Shown: positions 8,839 to 19,102, counted from the first letter of the stretch. The stretch: 64,000 nucleotides of DNA from Alienimonas californiensis (GCF_007743815.1 NZ_CP036265.1:4149059-4213058), one strand, 5' to 3'. Numbers and translations are program-made. The notes: generated by a model from the letters alone, not told the origin.

Positions 8839-9339
8839 GTGCCCGTCGTGTCGAATCGTCCGCGTCCCTTTCGCTCCCTCGGCCTTCGTACGCTGGCGCT
8901 GGGGGCGCTCCTCGCCGCGGCGTTCACGGCGGGCCGACTGTCCGACGGACCCCTCCTGCCGGTCGCCGGGGCGCAGCAGGACCCGGTCGACGATGCAATC
9001 GTCATCCGCATGAAGCAGGGCTACGAGGCGCTGCGGCGGGCACAACTCGCCCTGGAGCAGTCCGGCCACTACGTGCCCGCCGCCAACGGCGTGAACGCCT
9101 TCGTGACGTTCGCCGGCGGATACGACGTGCTGACCTCGCTGGAGAACGGCCGCGGCGTCGACCCGGAGACCTATGCCGCCCTCGAAGCCGGCTTCGCCCC
9201 CCAAGCCGTGCTGAGCGAACTGGGCCGCGACGGCTCCGGGCGCCTCACCTACAAGAATCGTCTCGTGCGGCTGCTCCCGAAGGAAACGCTGCGGGCGATG
9301 TACCTGCGGCGGGCCGAGGTGCTGGGCGAATCGCTCTGA
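8839..9339 (+). CDS. Hypothetical secreted protein (signal peptide LRTLALGALLAAAFTAG)
   Basis: ORF with an N-terminal signal-like segment and balanced composition. No family recognised. Confidence 0.4.
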   Translation: MPVVSNRPRPFRSLGLRTLALGALLAAAFTAGRLSDGPLLPVAGAQQDPVDDAIVIRMKQGYEALRRAQLALEQSGHYVPAANGVNAFVTFAGGYDVLTSLENGRGVDPETYAALEAGFAPQAVLSELGRDGSGRLTYKNRLVRLLPKETLRAMYLRRAEVLGESL

Positions 9340-9665
9340 CCGCGGGCCGAGCCGGCGCCGCCGGGCGTCGTCGGCAGAACCGGCGCGACCTGTGCGTTCC
9401 TCGGGCGGATGCGGTCGGCGCGTCGTTCAGGTCGAAGTCAGAGAGCACGGCCCGGTCGCCCCGACCGTCCCCGCCGTTTCTGAAAAATCGAGCCCCGCGG
9501 GGCGCTTCGGCTGGAGCGTTCGCACAACCCGCCCGACTGGGCGAACCGGCTTGACTTTTCGGACCCGCCGCCGGATTCGATTGCCCGCTCGGGCGCTCCC
9601 GTCCGGTAGACTGGCAGCCGCCGGACCTCACTCGCCCCTTTCGCCTTACCCCGGGAGACGCCCCC

Positions 9666-11267
9666 ATGTCGCTCCGCTCTCGCCGCCCGCTCCCGGGCCT
9701 GTCGTCTCCGGTATTCGGCCTGCCGCGATTGGTTCGCCGAGCCCTGCCGCTGGCCTTCGCCGCCGCCGTCGTCGCCCTCCCCGCCGCCTCCGGGCAGGAC
9801 GGGCTGGCCGCCCCGCTGGAGCAGCAGGAACTCGAGGCTGAGTTGGGCGACACCGATCAGACGGACGAAATCTTCGACGACGGCAAGGAACGGGACGTTC
9901 CCAACGTCACCGGCACCCTGGGCGATCCGGCATCCGAGGACCGGTTCTCCGGCGACCCGCAAACCGCCCAGGACGCCGACGTCGACCTGATCACCCGCGA
10001 CGCCTCGGCCGCCCGCGACATCGTCGCTCAGTCCTTCGATCGGCAGGTGGTCCGCACGGAGCAACTGGCGACGGCGGTCGGGCAGGCGATCGACGCCACC
10101 CGCACCTACGCGGCCCGCAACCCGGATCTGGCGATCGTCGAACTGAAGCAGGCCCTGCTGAGCGTTCAAACCGCCGAGGACGTCAACCCGGTCGTGCGGG
10201 CGCAGCTGGAACGCCAGTTGGAAGCCGAGATCCAGCAGTCCCGCAACCTGTCGATCCAGGCCGCCGAGAATCGGTTGCTGGTTCAGGTGCGGGAATCCGA
10301 GGAGATCGCCGCCCTCCGCGCCCTCGAGGCGCTGCGGACCGAAGAGGAAAACCTCGAACAGCTGATCGATCAGGTGCGGGCCTCGATCGACGACGCGGTG
10401 CACGGCGACGACTTCGCCTACGAGGAAGCGGAAGACTTCGCCCGGGCCGCGGTGAACCTGCGTCCCGGCAACATGCCGGCGACCGCGGCGGTGTTCACGT
10501 CCGAGGCGGCCGGTCAGCTCAACAAGGCGTTCCGCCTGCGGAGCATCCGCAACGACCGCTTCCTTGAAACGCTGTACCAGGTCGAACTGAGCCACGTGCC
10601 GTTCCCGGACGAGCCGCCCGTGCGGTTCCCGGCGGCGTCGGTGTGGGAGGAACTCTCCCGTCGCCGGAAGGCCCGCTACAGCGCGGTGAGCCTGCAGGCG
10701 GACAGCGCCGCCGAGGAGCGGATCCGGTCGGCGCTCGATCAGCCGACCAGCCTCGCCGGCCTGCGGCCGGGCGACACCCTCGCCGAGGCCCTCGACACCC
10801 TCGCCGGCATCCACGAGATCACAATCCTCCCGGACACCCCGCGGCTGGAGCTGGAAGGCGTCGACCTGCGGGACCTGCCGCTTGAGAACCCGCCGGTGCT
10901 CGAAGGGGTGAAGCTGAAAAGCGCCCTCAAGTTGCTGCTGGAGTCCGTCACGGACGTCCCTCTGACCTACATCGTCGAGGATGAGGTGATGAAGATCACC
11001 ACCGTCGACTATGCGGAGGAGAAGCTGTTCACCCGCGTCTACCCGGTCGGCGACCTGGTCATCCCGATCATCTCCGGCGGCCTCGGCGGCGGCCTGGGGC
11101 AAGCTGTGGGCGGCGGCATGGGCGGCCAGGGCGGCGGCATGGGCGGCCAGGGCGGCGGCGGCTTCGGCGGCCAGGGCGGCGGCGGCTTCGGCGGCGGCGC
11201 CTTCAGCCTGCCCCCGGAGAATCTGCGGACCCAAGACGGCGCCGACGCGGAAAAAAAAAGCCGCTGA
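9666..11267 (+). CDS. Secreted protein: long acidic coiled-coil region, an STN-like (secretin/TonB short N-terminal type) domain, and a C-terminal Gly-rich tail (GGLGGGLGQAVGGGMGGQGGGMGGQGGGGFGGQGGGGFGGG)
   Basis: Signal peptide RRALPLAFAAAVVALPAASG. The segment LAEALDTLAGIHEITILPDTPRLELEGVDLRDLPLENPPVLEGVKLKSALKLLLESVTDVPLTYIVEDEVMKIT resembles the STN domain consensus. The ORF stops just after an A9 tract at 11251-11259. Confidence 0.6.
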   Translation: MSLRSRRPLPGLSSPVFGLPRLVRRALPLAFAAAVVALPAASGQDGLAAPLEQQELEAELGDTDQTDEIFDDGKERDVPNVTGTLGDPASEDRFSGDPQTAQDADVDLITRDASAARDIVAQSFDRQVVRTEQLATAVGQAIDATRTYAARNPDLAIVELKQALLSVQTAEDVNPVVRAQLERQLEAEIQQSRNLSIQAAENRLLVQVRESEEIAALRALEALRTEEENLEQLIDQVRASIDDAVHGDDFAYEEAEDFARAAVNLRPGNMPATAAVFTSEAAGQLNKAFRLRSIRNDRFLETLYQVELSHVPFPDEPPVRFPAASVWEELSRRRKARYSAVSLQADSAAEERIRSALDQPTSLAGLRPGDTLAEALDTLAGIHEITILPDTPRLELEGVDLRDLPLENPPVLEGVKLKSALKLLLESVTDVPLTYIVEDEVMKITTVDYAEEKLFTRVYPVGDLVIPIISGGLGGGLGQAVGGGMGGQGGGMGGQGGGGFGGQGGGGFGGGAFSLPPENLRTQDGADAEKKSR

Positions 11268-11368
11268 CCGACGCTGAGGCGACCCCAGACGACGACCGCC
11301 CGGTCGGGACCCCCTCCCGCCCGGGCGGTTCCGCGTCTGCGGCGCCCGGGTCCGAAGGAGGGGGGACC

Positions 11369-12700
11369 GTGGCCCCGGCCGCTCTGCCGGACGGCATGGC
11401 GGAGGGACTGGAGATCGACCGCAAGTTCTCTCGCCAGATCCGCCAGCTCAGCCGGGCGGGCGAGAACGAGACGGTGATCCGCCTGCTCCGCGAACGGATC
11501 GACGCCGGCGAGGCCCGCCCCTGGATGTTCGAGGTGCTCGGCCTGACGTTGCAGTTGACGGGCGCCGACGAGGAGGAGGTCGCCGACGCGGTGCTCGGCG
11601 GGTTCAGTCCGGAGGCCGCCGACCCCCCGGCACTGCTGGCCGCGGCGACCTACATGCACCAGTTGGGCCTGGATCGTCGGGCCGTCGAACTGTGTCAGCA
11701 GGCCTCCGAGGCGGCCCCGGACGCCGCCAAGCCCTACGGGATGGCGTTGGAGATGGTCGCGCCGGACCAGCGTCCACTGGACGCGATCTGGGCCGCCGCC
11801 GGCGTGTTGCGCACCGCCTGGGGCACCCGGGCGGAGCCGGCCCGGGAGCGGGCGGAGTTGATCGCGGTCTCCGCGTTGCGGGAGCTGCGTCGCCGCGGCG
11901 ACGCAGCGGCGTTGGCCTCGGCGAACGCCCAACTAGCCGACGCCCAGCGGGCCGACCTGATCGTCCGCGTCCGCTGGAGCGGCGACGCGGACGTGGATCT
12001 CACCGTGACCGAACCCCCCGGCACCGTGACCGGGCCGACCGTCCGTCGCAGCGCCGCCGGCGGCGTGCTGGTGCGGGACGGCTTCGGCCCCGACCGAGCG
12101 ACCGCCGTCGAGGAGTACCGCGCCCCGGTGGCGTTCAGCGGGGTCTATCTGCTCGATCTCGGCCTGACGACCGGGGAGCCGGTCGGCCAACGGGTGCGGG
12201 TGGAGGTCGTGCGGCACTTCGGCTCGCCCTCCGAGAGCGTGGAGGAGTTCACGGTGCCGTTGAAGGCCGTGCACACGCCCGCCCTGATCACCCTCCGCGG
12301 CGGACGGCGGGTGAGCCTGACCAGTGTCGACGCCGACGCCCCGCCGCCGCGGGCCCGCCGCCTGCGGCTGGCCGACCTGACCGATCAGGGCGCCGGCGTG
12401 GCCAGCGGCCGCGGCTTCGGCCCGCCGCCCGGGGTGAACAACCAGATCACCGCGGGGGGCGGTTCGGTGGGCTATCAGCCGAACGTGCAGCTGATTTCCG
12501 AGGGCATCGCCAGTTCGGCGACCGCCGTCGTCAGCGCCGACCGCCGTTACGTGCGGCTGTCGCTGGCCCCGCAGTTCACGAACGTGATCGACGTATTCAA
12601 CTTCACCTTCGCCGGCACGAACACCGGCGTGAGCGGCGGCGGCGGAGGCGGCTTCCCCCCCGCCGGCGGCGGCTTCGGCGGCCCCACCCCGGGCAACTGA
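11369..12700 (+). CDS. Hypothetical protein with helical N-region and a Gly-rich tail (GGGGGGFPPAGGGFGG); probably the second half of a split gene (see the A9 finding)
   Basis: GTG start at 11369. The C-terminal region contains VGYQPNVQLISEGIASSATAVVSADRRYVRLSLAPQFTNVIDVFNFTF. It is in the +1 frame relative to the upstream ORF, with no stop between 11252 and 11369 in that frame. Confidence 0.5.
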   Translation: MAPAALPDGMAEGLEIDRKFSRQIRQLSRAGENETVIRLLRERIDAGEARPWMFEVLGLTLQLTGADEEEVADAVLGGFSPEAADPPALLAAATYMHQLGLDRRAVELCQQASEAAPDAAKPYGMALEMVAPDQRPLDAIWAAAGVLRTAWGTRAEPARERAELIAVSALRELRRRGDAAALASANAQLADAQRADLIVRVRWSGDADVDLTVTEPPGTVTGPTVRRSAAGGVLVRDGFGPDRATAVEEYRAPVAFSGVYLLDLGLTTGEPVGQRVRVEVVRHFGSPSESVEEFTVPLKAVHTPALITLRGGRRVSLTSVDADAPPPRARRLRLADLTDQGAGVASGRGFGPPPGVNNQITAGGGSVGYQPNVQLISEGIASSATAVVSADRRYVRLSLAPQFTNVIDVFNFTFAGTNTGVSGGGGGGFPPAGGGFGGPTPGN

Positions 12701-12708
12701 GCGGGCTG

Positions 12709-12811
12709 GGCGAGCGGGAGACGTCAGTCCCCTGAGCGAACGCCGCGTTCGTTTACGCTGTGGCTCAAAGCGAATCCGGGGCACTCAGGGGGCTGACGCC
12801 CCCCGCTCGCC
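12709..12811. repeat. Family-1 palindromic element, inverted pair (MITE-like): arm GGCGAGCGGGAGACGTCAGTCCCCTGAGCG, about 43-bp spacer, arm CACTCAGGGGGCTGACGCCCCCCGCTCGCC
   Basis: Lies in the intergenic region between the 11369..12700 ORF and tsaD. Same core as about 20 other copies in the window. Confidence 0.8.
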
Positions 12812-12819
12812 TTGGGCGT

Positions 12820-13905
12820 TCAGGCTCGCACCAGTCCCGGCGTCACGTCGCAGTCCAACGGGGCGAACTCGCCGCGTTCGAAGCTCTCCCACGCCAGGCC
12901 GGCCATGGCGGCGTTGTCGACGCACAGCTCCATCGGGGCGATGCACAGCCGCACGCCGCGGCGCTCGCACAGGTCCGTCAGGCCGACCCGCAGCGCCCGG
13001 TTGGCGGCCACGCCGCCGCCGACCAGCAGCGTCGGGCGACCGGTCTGCTTCAACGCGAGATCGCACTTGCCGACGAGCACGTCCACCGCCGCGGCCTGAA
13101 ACGACGCCGCCAGATCGGCGATCCGCCGTTCGCCCAGCGGCGGGGCGGGAACCTCCGGCGAGTTCGGATTGCCCAGCGCCGCGTACCGCACCGCCGTCTT
13201 CAACCCGCTGAAGCTGACGGCCAACTCCGGCCGGTTCATCATCGGCCGGGGCAGGGGGACGGCCGTCGGATCGCCGTGCTCCGCGGCCTGCTGCACGCTG
13301 GGGCCGCCGGGGTAAGGCAGGCCCAGCAGCCGGGCGACCTTGTCGAACGCCTCGCCGGCGGCGTCGTCGATCGTGCTGCCGATCAGCGTGGCGCGCACGG
13401 CGTCCGGGCAGTCGTACCAGTTCGTGTGTCCGCCGGAGACCACCAGCCCGCAGGCCGGAAAGGCCTCCTCCCCGTAGGCGATCCGGCAGGCGTAGAGGTG
13501 CGCCCGCAGGTGATCGACGGCGATCAGCGGGAGGTCCCAAACGGCCGCCAGCGTCTTCGCCGCGGTCACGCCGACCAGCAGCGAACCGACCAGCCCCGGA
13601 TGGGTGACGACCGCGATCGCGGACAGGTCCGTCGGCGTCACGTTTGCCTCGGCCAGAGCCTCGCGAATGACGGGCAGGATGCGTTCGACATGCGCCCGGG
13701 AAGCGATCTCCGGCACGACGCCGCCGAACCGCTCGTGCAGCGCCGCCTGCGAACTGACGACGCTACTGAGCACCGACCGATCCGCCGCGATCACCGCGGC
13801 GGCGGTCTCGTCGCAACTCGATTCGATCGCCAGCAGCGGGCCCGGCGAGCGGGGGGCGTCAGCCCCCGGAGCGTGGGGTTCTGCGTCGAGAGAACTCACG
13901 GGTTC
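12820..13905 (-). CDS. tsaD: tRNA N6-adenosine threonylcarbamoyltransferase TsaD (Kae1/YgjD family)
   Basis: [17 protein letters not shown]... HLYACRI..., GVAANRALR and [13 protein letters not shown] are hallmark TsaD motifs. The start is uncertain: the in-frame upstream stretch ...[15 protein letters not shown] is encoded by a family-1 repeat at 13845-13872. Confidence 0.85.
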   Translation of the reverse strand, partial: EPVSSLDAEPHAPGADAPRSPGPLLAIESSCDETAAAVIAADRSVLSSVVSSQAALHERFGGVVPEIASRAHVERILPVIREALAEANVTPTDLSAIAVVTHPGLVGSLLVGVTAAKTLAAVWDLPLIAVDHLRAHLYACRIAYGEEAFPACGLVVSGGHTNWYDCPDAVRATLIGSTIDDAAGEAFDKVARLLGLPYPGGPSVQQAAEHGDPTAVPLPRPMMNRPELAVSFSGLKTAVRYAALGNPNSPEVPAPPLGERRIADLAASFQAAAVDVLVGKCDLALKQTGRPTLLVGGGVAANRALRVGLTDLCERRGVRLCIAPMELCVDNAAMAGLAWESFERGEFAPLDCDVTPGLVRA

Positions 13906-15398
13906 GAAGACTCGTCTTCGTCTTCCGTGAGGACCTTCAGCGCCGCGGCGATGTGGGGGTCCTCCGTCGGCTCGTACTCCTCGTCCTGCTCCGGCGCCAC
14001 GGCGCCGGCGGGGCGGTCGCGGACGATGCGGTCGATGTTCAGGTTGCGCCGCTGCGGCAGGGTGAGGGGGATGCGGTAGCCCTCGTTCGGCGTGACGCCC
14101 CACTCGCCGTCCTCGTCCGACTGGCGGGCCGGGCGGTTGATCGGGCCGGGACGCTGAATGTTGGCCCCGCTCGGCCGCAGGTAGGCCGCGGTGGTGAGCT
14201 TCAACGCCGTGCGGCCGCCGCCGAGGTTGATGACCGTCTGCACGCTGCCCTTACCCCAGGTGCGTTCGCCGATCACCACCGCCCGGTTGGCGTCCTGCAA
14301 CGCGGCGGAGACGATTTCACTGGCGCTGGCGCTGAACCGATCGACCAGCACGGCGACCTTCAGCCCTTCCGCCGGGCCGCCCGGCAGGGCGTCGAACGAC
14401 TGCGACGCGACGTTGCGGCCGGCGGTGGAGACGATGCGGCCTTCCTTGAGGAACAGGTCCGCCACCGCGACCGCCTGATCGAGCAGCCCGCCCGGGTTAC
14501 CGCGAAGATCGAGGATCACGCCCTCCGCCCCGGCCTCCTTCAACTGGAGGAGGGCTTCGGTCAGTTCGCGGTCGGTGCCGGCGCCGAACCGGGTGACCCG
14601 CAGCAGGCCGATCTTCGGCTCGCCTTCCTCGCCCCCATCTGAGTTTTTGGAGGGCAGCAGGTAGTCCCAAGAGCCGTCGGCCCGGCGGGACTCGCCCAGC
14701 ACCGTCGGCACCCGCACGTCCGCCCGGACGACGGTGATCTCCAGCGGTTCCTCCTGCCCGGGCCGCATCAGGCCGAGTTTCACCGGCTCGCCCTCCGGCC
14801 CCTTGATGCGGGCGGTGACCGCGGAGGGGTCGAGACCGTCCACGCTTTCGCCGTCCACCTTCACGATCATGTCGCCGGCCCGCACGCCGGCCTCGGCGGC
14901 GGGGGTGCCGGGCAGCGGGGCGGTGATCGTGAGGCGGCCGGTCTCCGTGTCCGGCAGGATCTGCACGCCGATGCCGATGAACTGGCCCTCCACCTCCCGG
15001 GTGAACAGGCCGACCTCCTCGTCGTCCAGATAGGTGCTGTAGGGGTCGAGCTTGGCCACCATCCCGTCGATCGCCGCTTCGAGCAGCTCCTCGCGGCTGA
15101 CTTCGGAGACGTAGTTGCGTTCGATCTGTTCGAAGGAATCCGCGAACTCCCGCATCAGACGGAGCAGTTCCTCCCGATCCTCCCGCGGATCGACGGCCTT
15201 TTCGTCGGCGAGCGGCGGGGCGTCAGCCCCCCGTGCGGGTTCTTCCTGGACAGGCTCTTCCCGAGCGGGTTTCTCCTGAGCAGGTTCTTCCTGAGCCCAC
15301 GCCACGCCGACGCCCGGCAGGGCGTCGGACCCCGTGAAGGCCAGCGAACCGGCGAGCAGTCCCGCGGACAGAGACCGAAGGCGGCGGGAGCGGGGCAC
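13896..15398 (-). CDS. ctpA: C-terminal processing peptidase, S41 family (CtpA-like), with PDZ domain and signal peptide
   Basis: Signal peptide [19 protein letters not shown]...AWA-QEE. PDZ segment GIGVQI...[10 protein letters not shown]41 catalytic region [12 protein letters not shown]...[16 protein letters not shown]...[11 protein letters not shown] start mapped at about 15398. A family-1 repeat is in-frame inside the N-terminal linker (RGADAPPLA). Confidence 0.85.
   Translation of the reverse strand: MPRSRRLRSLSAGLLAGSLAFTGSDALPGVGVAWAQEEPAQEKPAREEPVQEEPARGADAPPLADEKAVDPREDREELLRLMREFADSFEQIERNYVSEVSREELLEAAIDGMVAKLDPYSTYLDDEEVGLFTREVEGQFIGIGVQILPDTETGRLTITAPLPGTPAAEAGVRAGDMIVKVDGESVDGLDPSAVTARIKGPEGEPVKLGLMRPGQEEPLEITVVRADVRVPTVLGESRRADGSWDYLLPSKNSDGGEEGEPKIGLLRVTRFGAGTDRELTEALLQLKEAGAEGVILDLRGNPGGLLDQAVAVADLFLKEGRIVSTAGRNVASQSFDALPGGPAEGLKVAVLVDRFSASASEIVSAALQDANRAVVIGERTWGKGSVQTVINLGGGRTALKLTTAAYLRPSGANIQRPGPINRPARQSDEDGEWGVTPNEGYRIPLTLPQRRNLNIDRIVRDRPAGAVAPEQDEEYEPTEDPHIAAALKVLTEDEDESSNP
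15207..15235. repeat. Family-1 palindromic element (single arm) inserted in-frame within ctpA
   Basis: ggcgagcggcggggcgtcagccccccgtg; encodes ...[11 protein letters not shown]... on the minus strand between the signal peptide and the catalytic domain. Confidence 0.75.
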
Positions 15399-15540
15399 GG
15401 GGCGATTCTCCGGGCGGGCGGGGGGAACGCCGGACTGGACCGGCGCACGGAACGGACGGCAGTGTAGGCCGCCCGCCGCCGTGCCGTACACTGGCCGCGT
15501 GCACCTGCCGTTTCCCGATCTCGAACTGGCGCCTCCCCCG

Positions 15541-15598
15541 GGGGCCGACGCTCCCGGCTCGCCTGCTCCGGGGGCTCACGCCCCCGGCTCGCCCGGCG
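15541..15598. repeat. Two tandem partial family-1 elements (gctcccggctcgcc / gctccgggggctcacgcccccggctcgcc)
   Basis: Located at or upstream of the AddB-like gene start; in the long track ORF they encode [19 protein letters not shown]. Confidence 0.75.
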
Positions 15599-15606
15599 GG
15601 GGGACG

Positions 15607-18600
15607 GTGCGTTTGCTGTGCGGCACGCCGCGGGGCGGGAAGACCGGGGCCCTGCTGGCCGAGTACGCCGCCGCCCTGCAGGCCGCGTGGGCCGAGGGCC
15701 GCACCGGGGCCTGCCTGTGGCTCACCCCGAACCGCCTTAGCCGGGCGGCGGTGCAAAGCGATCTGGCCCGCGAGATCGGCGGGCCGTTGCTCGAGCCGGG
15801 GGTGCGAACCTTCGAAAACCTGACGGACGAACTGCTCTCCGACGGCCGGCTGTGGCACGCCCTCGACGCGGCCCAGGGCGCCCCGTCACGAGAACCGGCG
15901 GGGGGCGAGGGTCGCCGCTACCGCGTGCTCTCCGGAGTCTCCCGCCGACGGGTGTTGCGGGCGGTGATCGACGCGGAGGCCGCCGCCGGCCGGCTGTCGC
16001 ACTTTGCCCGCATCGCCGGGGCCGGCGGGTTCCTCACGCTGCTCGAACGCCAGGTGCGGGCCTGGAAGTACGCGGAGGTCTGGCCGGACGATCCCACCCT
16101 GCAATCCGGCGGCGCGGCCCGGCGGGACCTGGTGCGGCTGTACGCGGCCTATCAGGATCGCCTGCAGAACCCGCCGGACGGCGGCCCGCCGCTGTTCGAC
16201 GCCGAGGGCCGCGTCTGGGTCGCCCGCAATCTGCTGTGCGGCGCCGGGGCGGCGCTCGGCTCCGACGGGTCGGGAAACGGGCGGCGGCTCGATCTGCTGG
16301 TCGCCGACGGCTTCACGAGTTTCACCGCCACCCAGCGCGACCTGCTGGCCGCGCTGGCGGCCTCCGCGAACGCGGCCGTGATCGCCCTGCCGCTGGAGCA
16401 GGGCTCCGGCATGTCGGCCAAACCCCGACCCGGCGTCCCGTACCGGCCGGACCTGTTCGAGCCGGTCTGGCGGACCGTCGACGAACTCTCCGACCCGCTC
16501 GCGGAGCAGGGCGGCGAGTCGATCTACCAGTGGCACGCCCCCCGCCGGCCGGACGACGCGTTGGGGCATCTCGCGGCGTGGCTGTTCGACGAATCCGCCG
16601 AACCGGCCCCGCGGCGGACCGTCGCCAAGGGCGTCACCCTGTACGCCGCCGGGCGGATCGAGGACGAGGCGCGGGCGACGGTCGCCGCGGTGAAGGGCCT
16701 GCTGATGCGGGGCGAACCGGCGGAGCGGGTGGTTGTCACGGCCCGGGACGTGGGGACTTACGCCGAGGAATTCTTCCGCCTCTGCGACGCCGGCGGGGTG
16801 CCGGTGGACGCGGACCGCCCGCTGCCGCTGGCCGGTCGGCCGGCGGTGCGGGCGCTGCTGGCCCCGTGGCGGGTCGAGGCCTCCGGCTGGGGGCTGCGGG
16901 GACTGCTGGGCGTGCTCCGCGACCCCTCGTTCGGCTTCCCCGCCGACGCCGCCACCGCGACGGCCCGCGTCCTGCGGTTTGCCAACGTGGGGGAGGACCG
17001 CCGCACGGCGCTCAAGGCAGTGCGCACCTTCGCCCCCGCTGCCGAGGGCGAGGAACCGAAACCGCCCGACCGCGACGCCCCCCCGGAGGCTGATCGCCGG
17101 CTGACGGCGGCCGCCGTGGAGGCGTTGAACGCCGCACTCGAACCGACCCGCACCGCGACGGACCCGGCCGGCTGGGTGGCGCGGTTGCGCACCCTCATCG
17201 AGACCCTGGGGTTCAATCCTGCCGCCGCCGAGTTGCCGCGGGAGCCGTGGGAGGACGACGCCGCCGACCTCGACGCCGCCCTCCGCTGGCTGAGCGAAGC
17301 CGCCGCCGAGCACGCCGCCGACGCGGACCCAAACCACCAGGCGGACGACGGGCTGCTCTCGCTGGGCGAGTTCCTGCACTGGGCGGACGAACTGCTGGCC
17401 GCGGCCCGCGTGCCGGGCCCGCCGGCGGCGGCGGGCGGCGTGGCATTCGTCGATGCCGAGACGGCCCGCACGGCGGGGTGCGATCACCTCTTTCTGCTTG
17501 GTCTGGGCGAGGGCCAGTTCCCCCGGCCGCCGAACCCCGCCGACCCGGCGCCGCCGCGGTCCGGGGAGGAGGCGGACGATCCCGCGGCCCTGGCCGACGC
17601 CAACGCCCGGGCGGAGATGCTGCTGTTCTACGGCGTCGTCACCCGGCCGACGAAATCGCTGACGCTCTCCTGGACGACCCGGGACGAGAAGGGCCGCGAA
17701 CGCTTCGCCGGGCCGTTCGTGGAGGCGGTCCGCGATCTGTTCGCCCCGGATACGTTCCCGGAGCCGAAGACCGCCAGCCTCTCGCCGATCCCGGCGCTCG
17801 ACCGCGCGCTGACCGCCGCGGACGCCCGGGCGCTGGCCGTGTCGGAGCTACGCACCGGCGGGCAGGCGGGGCCGCTGGCCCGGTTGCTCGTCACTCCGGG
17901 AGAGGCCCCGGCCGCCCGCTGCGTGCTGGGCGCCGCGACGATGCTCTCCGCCCGCAGTCGGACGAAGGGGCCGACGGCGTTCGACGGGCGGCTCTCGACG
18001 CGGTCCCAAGTCCATTGGGCGAAGCGGCGACCGGTCGGCTACCAGTTCAGCGCCAGCGAACTCGAAACGTTCGCCGCGAACCCGTTCCGCTACTTCCTCG
18101 ACCGCGTGTTGCGGGTGGAACGGCCCGACCCGCCGGGGCTGCGGGAGGATCGGATGAACCGCGGCACCGCCATGCACGCGGCCCTCTCCCGGGCCTACCG
18201 GCGGGCGTTGGAGCAGTCCGAGGACGCTCCGACCGTGGAGCTGCTCCAGGAAGAAATCGCCGCCCTGAAGCCGCGGTCTCGCTCGCTGGCCCGCTGGCAC
18301 GACGGGCTGTGGGAGACGGAACGCGCCCTGCTGGCGGCGTGGTCCGAGGCGTTCCCCACGCAGGCGGCCGCCTACGCCGGGACCTTCGCCGCCGGCTGGG
18401 CCGAGGGGCCGACGGTGCATCGGCTCGAAGCCGCCTTCGGCCGCCGCACCCCGGAGGAGGAGGACGACACGGAGGACCTGTCGCAGCGCCCCCCAGCCGC
18501 CCGCTTCCCGAACGACCCCGGCGGGGTGCCCGTCACCGGCCGCATCGACCGGCTGGACTTCGGGTTCGTGACGTTGGAGTCCGGGGAGACTGTCCCGGCG

Positions 18601-19047
18601 TACAACATCGTGGACTACAAGACGGGTTCGTCCGTGCCCAAGTTCACCGCGGAGCGGGTCGCCGCGGGGGCGTCCCTACAGTTGGCCCTCTACGCCGTCG
18701 CTGCCCGCCGCTGCGGGCTGACGCCCCCGGACGCGGAGCCGCACATGCTGGTGTATTGGGGTGTGAAGACGGAGGGGCCGCGGAACGGCATCTCCCGCGG
18801 CGGCAAGAAGTGCGTCGCCGAGTTGCTGCCCACCTTAGAGGAGGACCTCGACGCCGTGGTGCCCCTGCTGGCGGGGGCGATCCGCAGCGGGGTCTTCCCG
18901 ATCTGCCCGGAGAAGGGCGAGACGCAGACGTTCTCCGATCACGCCCGCGTCGGCCGAGCCGCGGAGGTGCGGGCCGTCGCGGAGCGGCTCGAAAAGTGGC
19001 CCCCGCCGTGGCGGACCGGCCCGGTTGTGGGGGACGAGGATGAGTGA
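15607..19047 (+). CDS. AddB-like PD-(D/E)XK nuclease family protein (helicase-nuclease complex subunit B-like)
   Basis: Degenerate N-terminal P-loop LLCGTPRGGKTG. C-terminal nuclease motif NIVDYKTG...QLALY with Cys residues (CPEKGETQTF). Immediately followed by and co-oriented with a UvrD-type AddA-like helicase. Start tentatively the GTG at 15607, downstream of the repeats. Confidence 0.7.
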   Translation: MRLLCGTPRGGKTGALLAEYAAALQAAWAEGRTGACLWLTPNRLSRAAVQSDLAREIGGPLLEPGVRTFENLTDELLSDGRLWHALDAAQGAPSREPAGGEGRRYRVLSGVSRRRVLRAVIDAEAAAGRLSHFARIAGAGGFLTLLERQVRAWKYAEVWPDDPTLQSGGAARRDLVRLYAAYQDRLQNPPDGGPPLFDAEGRVWVARNLLCGAGAALGSDGSGNGRRLDLLVADGFTSFTATQRDLLAALAASANAAVIALPLEQGSGMSAKPRPGVPYRPDLFEPVWRTVDELSDPLAEQGGESIYQWHAPRRPDDALGHLAAWLFDESAEPAPRRTVAKGVTLYAAGRIEDEARATVAAVKGLLMRGEPAERVVVTARDVGTYAEEFFRLCDAGGVPVDADRPLPLAGRPAVRALLAPWRVEASGWGLRGLLGVLRDPSFGFPADAATATARVLRFANVGEDRRTALKAVRTFAPAAEGEEPKPPDRDAPPEADRRLTAAAVEALNAALEPTRTATDPAGWVARLRTLIETLGFNPAAAELPREPWEDDAADLDAALRWLSEAAAEHAADADPNHQADDGLLSLGEFLHWADELLAAARVPGPPAAAGGVAFVDAETARTAGCDHLFLLGLGEGQFPRPPNPADPAPPRSGEEADDPAALADANARAEMLLFYGVVTRPTKSLTLSWTTRDEKGRERFAGPFVEAVRDLFAPDTFPEPKTASLSPIPALDRALTAADARALAVSELRTGGQAGPLARLLVTPGEAPAARCVLGAATMLSARSRTKGPTAFDGRLSTRSQVHWAKRRPVGYQFSASELETFAANPFRYFLDRVLRVERPDPPGLREDRMNRGTAMHAALSRAYRRALEQSEDAPTVELLQEEIAALKPRSRSLARWHDGLWETERALLAAWSEAFPTQAAAYAGTFAAGWAEGPTVHRLEAAFGRRTPEEEDDTEDLSQRPPAARFPNDPGGVPVTGRIDRLDFGFVTLESGETVPAYNIVDYKTGSSVPKFTAERVAAGASLQLALYAVAARRCGLTPPDAEPHMLVYWGVKTEGPRNGISRGGKKCVAELLPTLEEDLDAVVPLLAGAIRSGVFPICPEKGETQTFSDHARVGRAAEVRAVAERLEKWPPPWRTGPVVGDEDE

Positions 19048-19060
19048 ATTGCTCGCACCC

Positions 19061-19089
19061 GCTCCGGGGGCTCACGCCCCCGGCTCGCC
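19061..19089. repeat. Family-1 palindromic element (gctccgggggctcacgcccccggctcgcc) between the AddB-like stop and the AddA-like start
   Basis: Lies in the 55-nt gap between the two genes; encodes PGAHAPGSP in the long track ORF upstream of the likely true start. Confidence 0.75.
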
Positions 19090-19102
19090 GGCCGCTCCGC
19101 GG

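Noticed and set aside
9438-11932. ORFs 9438..11234(-) and 11039..11932(-), 11692..12735(+), 11933..12784(-)
   Set aside because: Antisense to or frame-shifted from the STN/Gly-rich gene pair. Translations dominated by A/G/R runs (antisense of Gly-rich repeats gives poly-Ala/Pro).
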